Shown piece by piece: positions 59,123-64,000 of a DNA stretch of 64,000 nucleotides. The stretch is from Shigella phage SHFML-26. Position 1 is the stretch's first letter. Every line of letters starts with the position of its first letter. The notes beneath the pieces were generated by a model. It was not told where the DNA came from. It saw only the letters and a program-made list of their open reading frames with translations, and did no database searches. The stretch is taken from sequence record KX130862, one strand, 5' to 3'. The position numbers and the translations under genes are program-made.

Positions 59123-60580
59123 ATGATTGAATTAAAAGATTTACCTTTTGTTGATAGCGTTCCTGGCGAAGGTCAGGAACGTATTTCATGGATTAAAAAT
59201 GGTGAAGAAATACTAGGAGCTAGTACTAAGTATGGAAACGATGGATCAATGAATAGACCAACTGTTTCCGTGTTTAAAAATGTCGAAGTTCTTGATGAAA
59301 ATGTGGGAATTCTTAAAACTGCCATTGAAACATCGCAGAAAGATATTAAAACAATTCAAGGAGTTTTAGATGTATCAGGAGATATAGAAGCACTATCGCA
59401 GATCAGTGTTAATAAAAATGACATATCAAATTTAAAGACACTTACTAATGAACACACTGATATATTAACTGGAACTAATAATACAGTTGACAAAATTATT
59501 GCTGATATAGGTCCATTTAATGATGAAGAAAACTCTGTTTATAGAACAATTAGAAATGATTTATTGTGGATTAAACAAGAACTAGGGCAATATTCTGGCC
59601 AAGACATTAACGGTCTTCCTGTTGTTGGTAATGCTAGCACAGGAATGAAACATAGAATAATAACAAATAGTACATTATTATCTTCACAAGGCATTCGTTT
59701 AAGTGAATTAGAAAATAAATTTACTGAATCTGACGTAGGATCATTGACGGTTGAAGTTGGTAAATTACGCGATGAACTTGGTAATAAACCAGTAGATTTT
59801 GGGCCAAATATTTATAATAGATTAAGCATTATAGATGATAAACAGTCTTTAATAAATTCTGATATAGCAGAAATTAAATCTTCTATTGGATATCCAGAAA
59901 ATGTTTCTATAATAACAGAAATTAATAATAACAAAAGTAGCATTGAATCTATTAATAATGAATTAAATCAGAGTGAAGGTGTTAAACAGCGCTTAACGGC
60001 TATTGAAACTTCTATAGGTTCAGATGATATTCCTTCTAGTATTAAAGGAAAAATTAAAAATCACACAACTTCTATTGAGTCTTTAAACGGAATTGTTGGT
60101 GAAAACACTTCGTCTGGTTTAAGAGCGAATGTTTCGTGGTTAAATCAAATTGTTGGAACTGACTCCAGCGGAGGACAACCGTCTCCTTCTGGATCTCTAT
60201 TAAATAAAGTTTCAGTGCTTGAAGGAGAAGTTTCAGTTTTAAACAATAATGTTCAAAATATACAAGTTGAAATAGGAAATAATAGAACAGGAATTAAAGG
60301 TCAAGTTATTGAACTTACTTCACTTATAAATGGAAATAATCCTGACGGATCAACTGTTGAAGAACGAGGATTAACTAATTCTATAAAAACGAATGAAACT
60401 AATATTGCGGCAGTCACGCAGGAAGTAAATACAGTTAAAGACGATATATCCTCTTTACAGAGCAGCGTTCAATCTCTACAAGAAGCGGGTTATATTCCTG
60501 AAGCTCCAAGAGATGGGCAAGCTTACGTTCGTAAAGACGGCGAATGGGTACTACTTTCTACCTTTTTATCACCAGCATAA
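59123..60580 (+). CDS. wac: fibritin (whisker antigen control)
   Basis: 485 aa; long coiled-coil with C-terminal foldon ([27 protein letters not shown]). Confidence 0.95.
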   Translation: MIELKDLPFVDSVPGEGQERISWIKNGEEILGASTKYGNDGSMNRPTVSVFKNVEVLDENVGILKTAIETSQKDIKTIQGVLDVSGDIEALSQISVNKNDISNLKTLTNEHTDILTGTNNTVDKIIADIGPFNDEENSVYRTIRNDLLWIKQELGQYSGQDINGLPVVGNASTGMKHRIITNSTLLSSQGIRLSELENKFTESDVGSLTVEVGKLRDELGNKPVDFGPNIYNRLSIIDDKQSLINSDIAEIKSSIGYPENVSIITEINNNKSSIESINNELNQSEGVKQRLTAIETSIGSDDIPSSIKGKIKNHTTSIESLNGIVGENTSSGLRANVSWLNQIVGTDSSGGQPSPSGSLLNKVSVLEGEVSVLNNNVQNIQVEIGNNRTGIKGQVIELTSLINGNNPDGSTVEERGLTNSIKTNETNIAAVTQEVNTVKDDISSLQSSVQSLQEAGYIPEAPRDGQAYVRKDGEWVLLSTFLSPA

Positions 60581-60583
60581 CAT

Positions 60584-60599
60584 GGGGCCGCAAGGCCCC
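60584..60599 (+). other. GC-rich stem-loop between wac and gene 13 (no U-tract; possible RNA stability or processing element)
   Basis: GGGGCCGCAAGGCCCC immediately after the wac stop. Confidence 0.4.
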
Positions 60600-60611
60600 A
60601 AAGGATTTTAA

Positions 60612-63121
<2,510 letters not shown>

Positions 63122-63162
63122 TAAATATTATAAACTAATTAAAGCCCAAATTAGGAGAAATC

Positions 63163-63981
63163 ATGTTTGGTTATTTTTATAATTCGTCTTTTAGACGATA
63201 TGCTACCTTGATGGGCGATTTGTTTTCAAATATCCAAATCAAACGTCAGTTAGAATCTGGTGATAAGTTTATACGTGTTCCTATTACATATGCGTCAAAG
63301 GAACACTTTATGATGAAATTGAATAAATGGACATCAATAAATTCACAAGAAGATGTAGCTAAAGTTGAAACGATTCTACCTCGCATAAATTTACATTTAG
63401 TTGATTTTAGCTATAATGCTCCATTTAAAACAAACATTTTAAATCAGAATTTACTGCAAAAAGGTGCAACTTCTGTAGTATCGCAGTATAATCCATCTCC
63501 TATTAAAATGATTTATGAATTGAGTATCTTTACTCGTTACGAAGATGATATGTTTCAAATAGTTGAACAGATTCTTCCATATTTTCAACCTCATTTTAAT
63601 ACAACTATGTACGAACAGTTCGGAAATGATATTCCATTTAAAAGGGATATTAAAATTGTACTGATGTCTGCTGCTATAGACGAAGCTATAGATGGAGATA
63701 ATTTATCTCGTCGTAGAATTGAATGGTCATTAACATTTGAAGTAAATGGATGGATGTATCCTCCGGTAGATGATGCAGAAGGATTAATTCGTACTACTTA
63801 TACAGATTTTCACGCCAATACAAGAGATTTGCCTGATGGCGAAGGTGTTTTTGAATCTGTCGATAGCGAAGTTGTTCCTCGAGATATTGACCCAGAAGAC
63901 TGGGATGGAACAGTAAAACAAACTTTCACTAGCAGTGTAAATAGACCAACACCGCCAGAACCTCCTGGCCCAAGAACATAG
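63163..63981 (+). CDS. 15: tail sheath stabiliser and completion protein gp15
   Basis: 272 aa, equal to T4 gp15. Confidence 0.93.
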   Translation: MFGYFYNSSFRRYATLMGDLFSNIQIKRQLESGDKFIRVPITYASKEHFMMKLNKWTSINSQEDVAKVETILPRINLHLVDFSYNAPFKTNILNQNLLQKGATSVVSQYNPSPIKMIYELSIFTRYEDDMFQIVEQILPYFQPHFNTTMYEQFGNDIPFKRDIKIVLMSAAIDEAIDGDNLSRRRIEWSLTFEVNGWMYPPVDDAEGLIRTTYTDFHANTRDLPDGEGVFESVDSEVVPRDIDPEDWDGTVKQTFTSSVNRPTPPEPPGPRT

Positions 63982-64000
63982 AGGTTATTATGGAAGGTCT

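Overview
This window is a contiguous segment of a T4-like (Tevenvirinae) myovirus genome, running from gene 46 to gene 15. Positions 1-44346 are almost entirely minus-strand early/middle genes: recombination nuclease 46/47, alpha-glucosyltransferase, late sigma factor gp55, the anaerobic ribonucleotide reductase cluster nrdH/nrdG/nrdD, endonuclease VII, pin, nrdC, a long block of hypothetical genes, rI, tk, regB, denV, lysozyme e, Nudix nudE, an 8-tRNA cluster with segB, internal-protein genes, 57B/57A and genes 1, 3, 2, 4. Positions 44394-63981 are plus-strand late structural genes: baseplate 53, 5, 5.4, 6, 7, 8, 9, 10, 11, short tail fibre 12, fibritin wac, neck 13/14 and gp15. Identifications rest on my own recognition of the translated ORFs and on T4 gene order; no database search was run, and coordinates of small features (tRNAs, promoters, hairpins, short ORFs) may be off by 1-2 nt. 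Relative to the T4 arrangement as I recall it, the window carries extra or different accessory content: an HNH endonuclease between genes 46 and 47, a GIY-YIG endonuclease between nrdG and an intron-less nrdD, a frame-split HNH gene between genes 13 and 14, three internal-protein genes in unusual positions, a macro-domain protein, and several duplicated gene ends. I could not identify one clearly novel system; the best candidates for follow-up are the adjacent ATPase and nucleotidyltransferase-like genes (21206-23302), the array of four coiled-coil-tailed genes (15779-19741) and the internal-protein cassettes.
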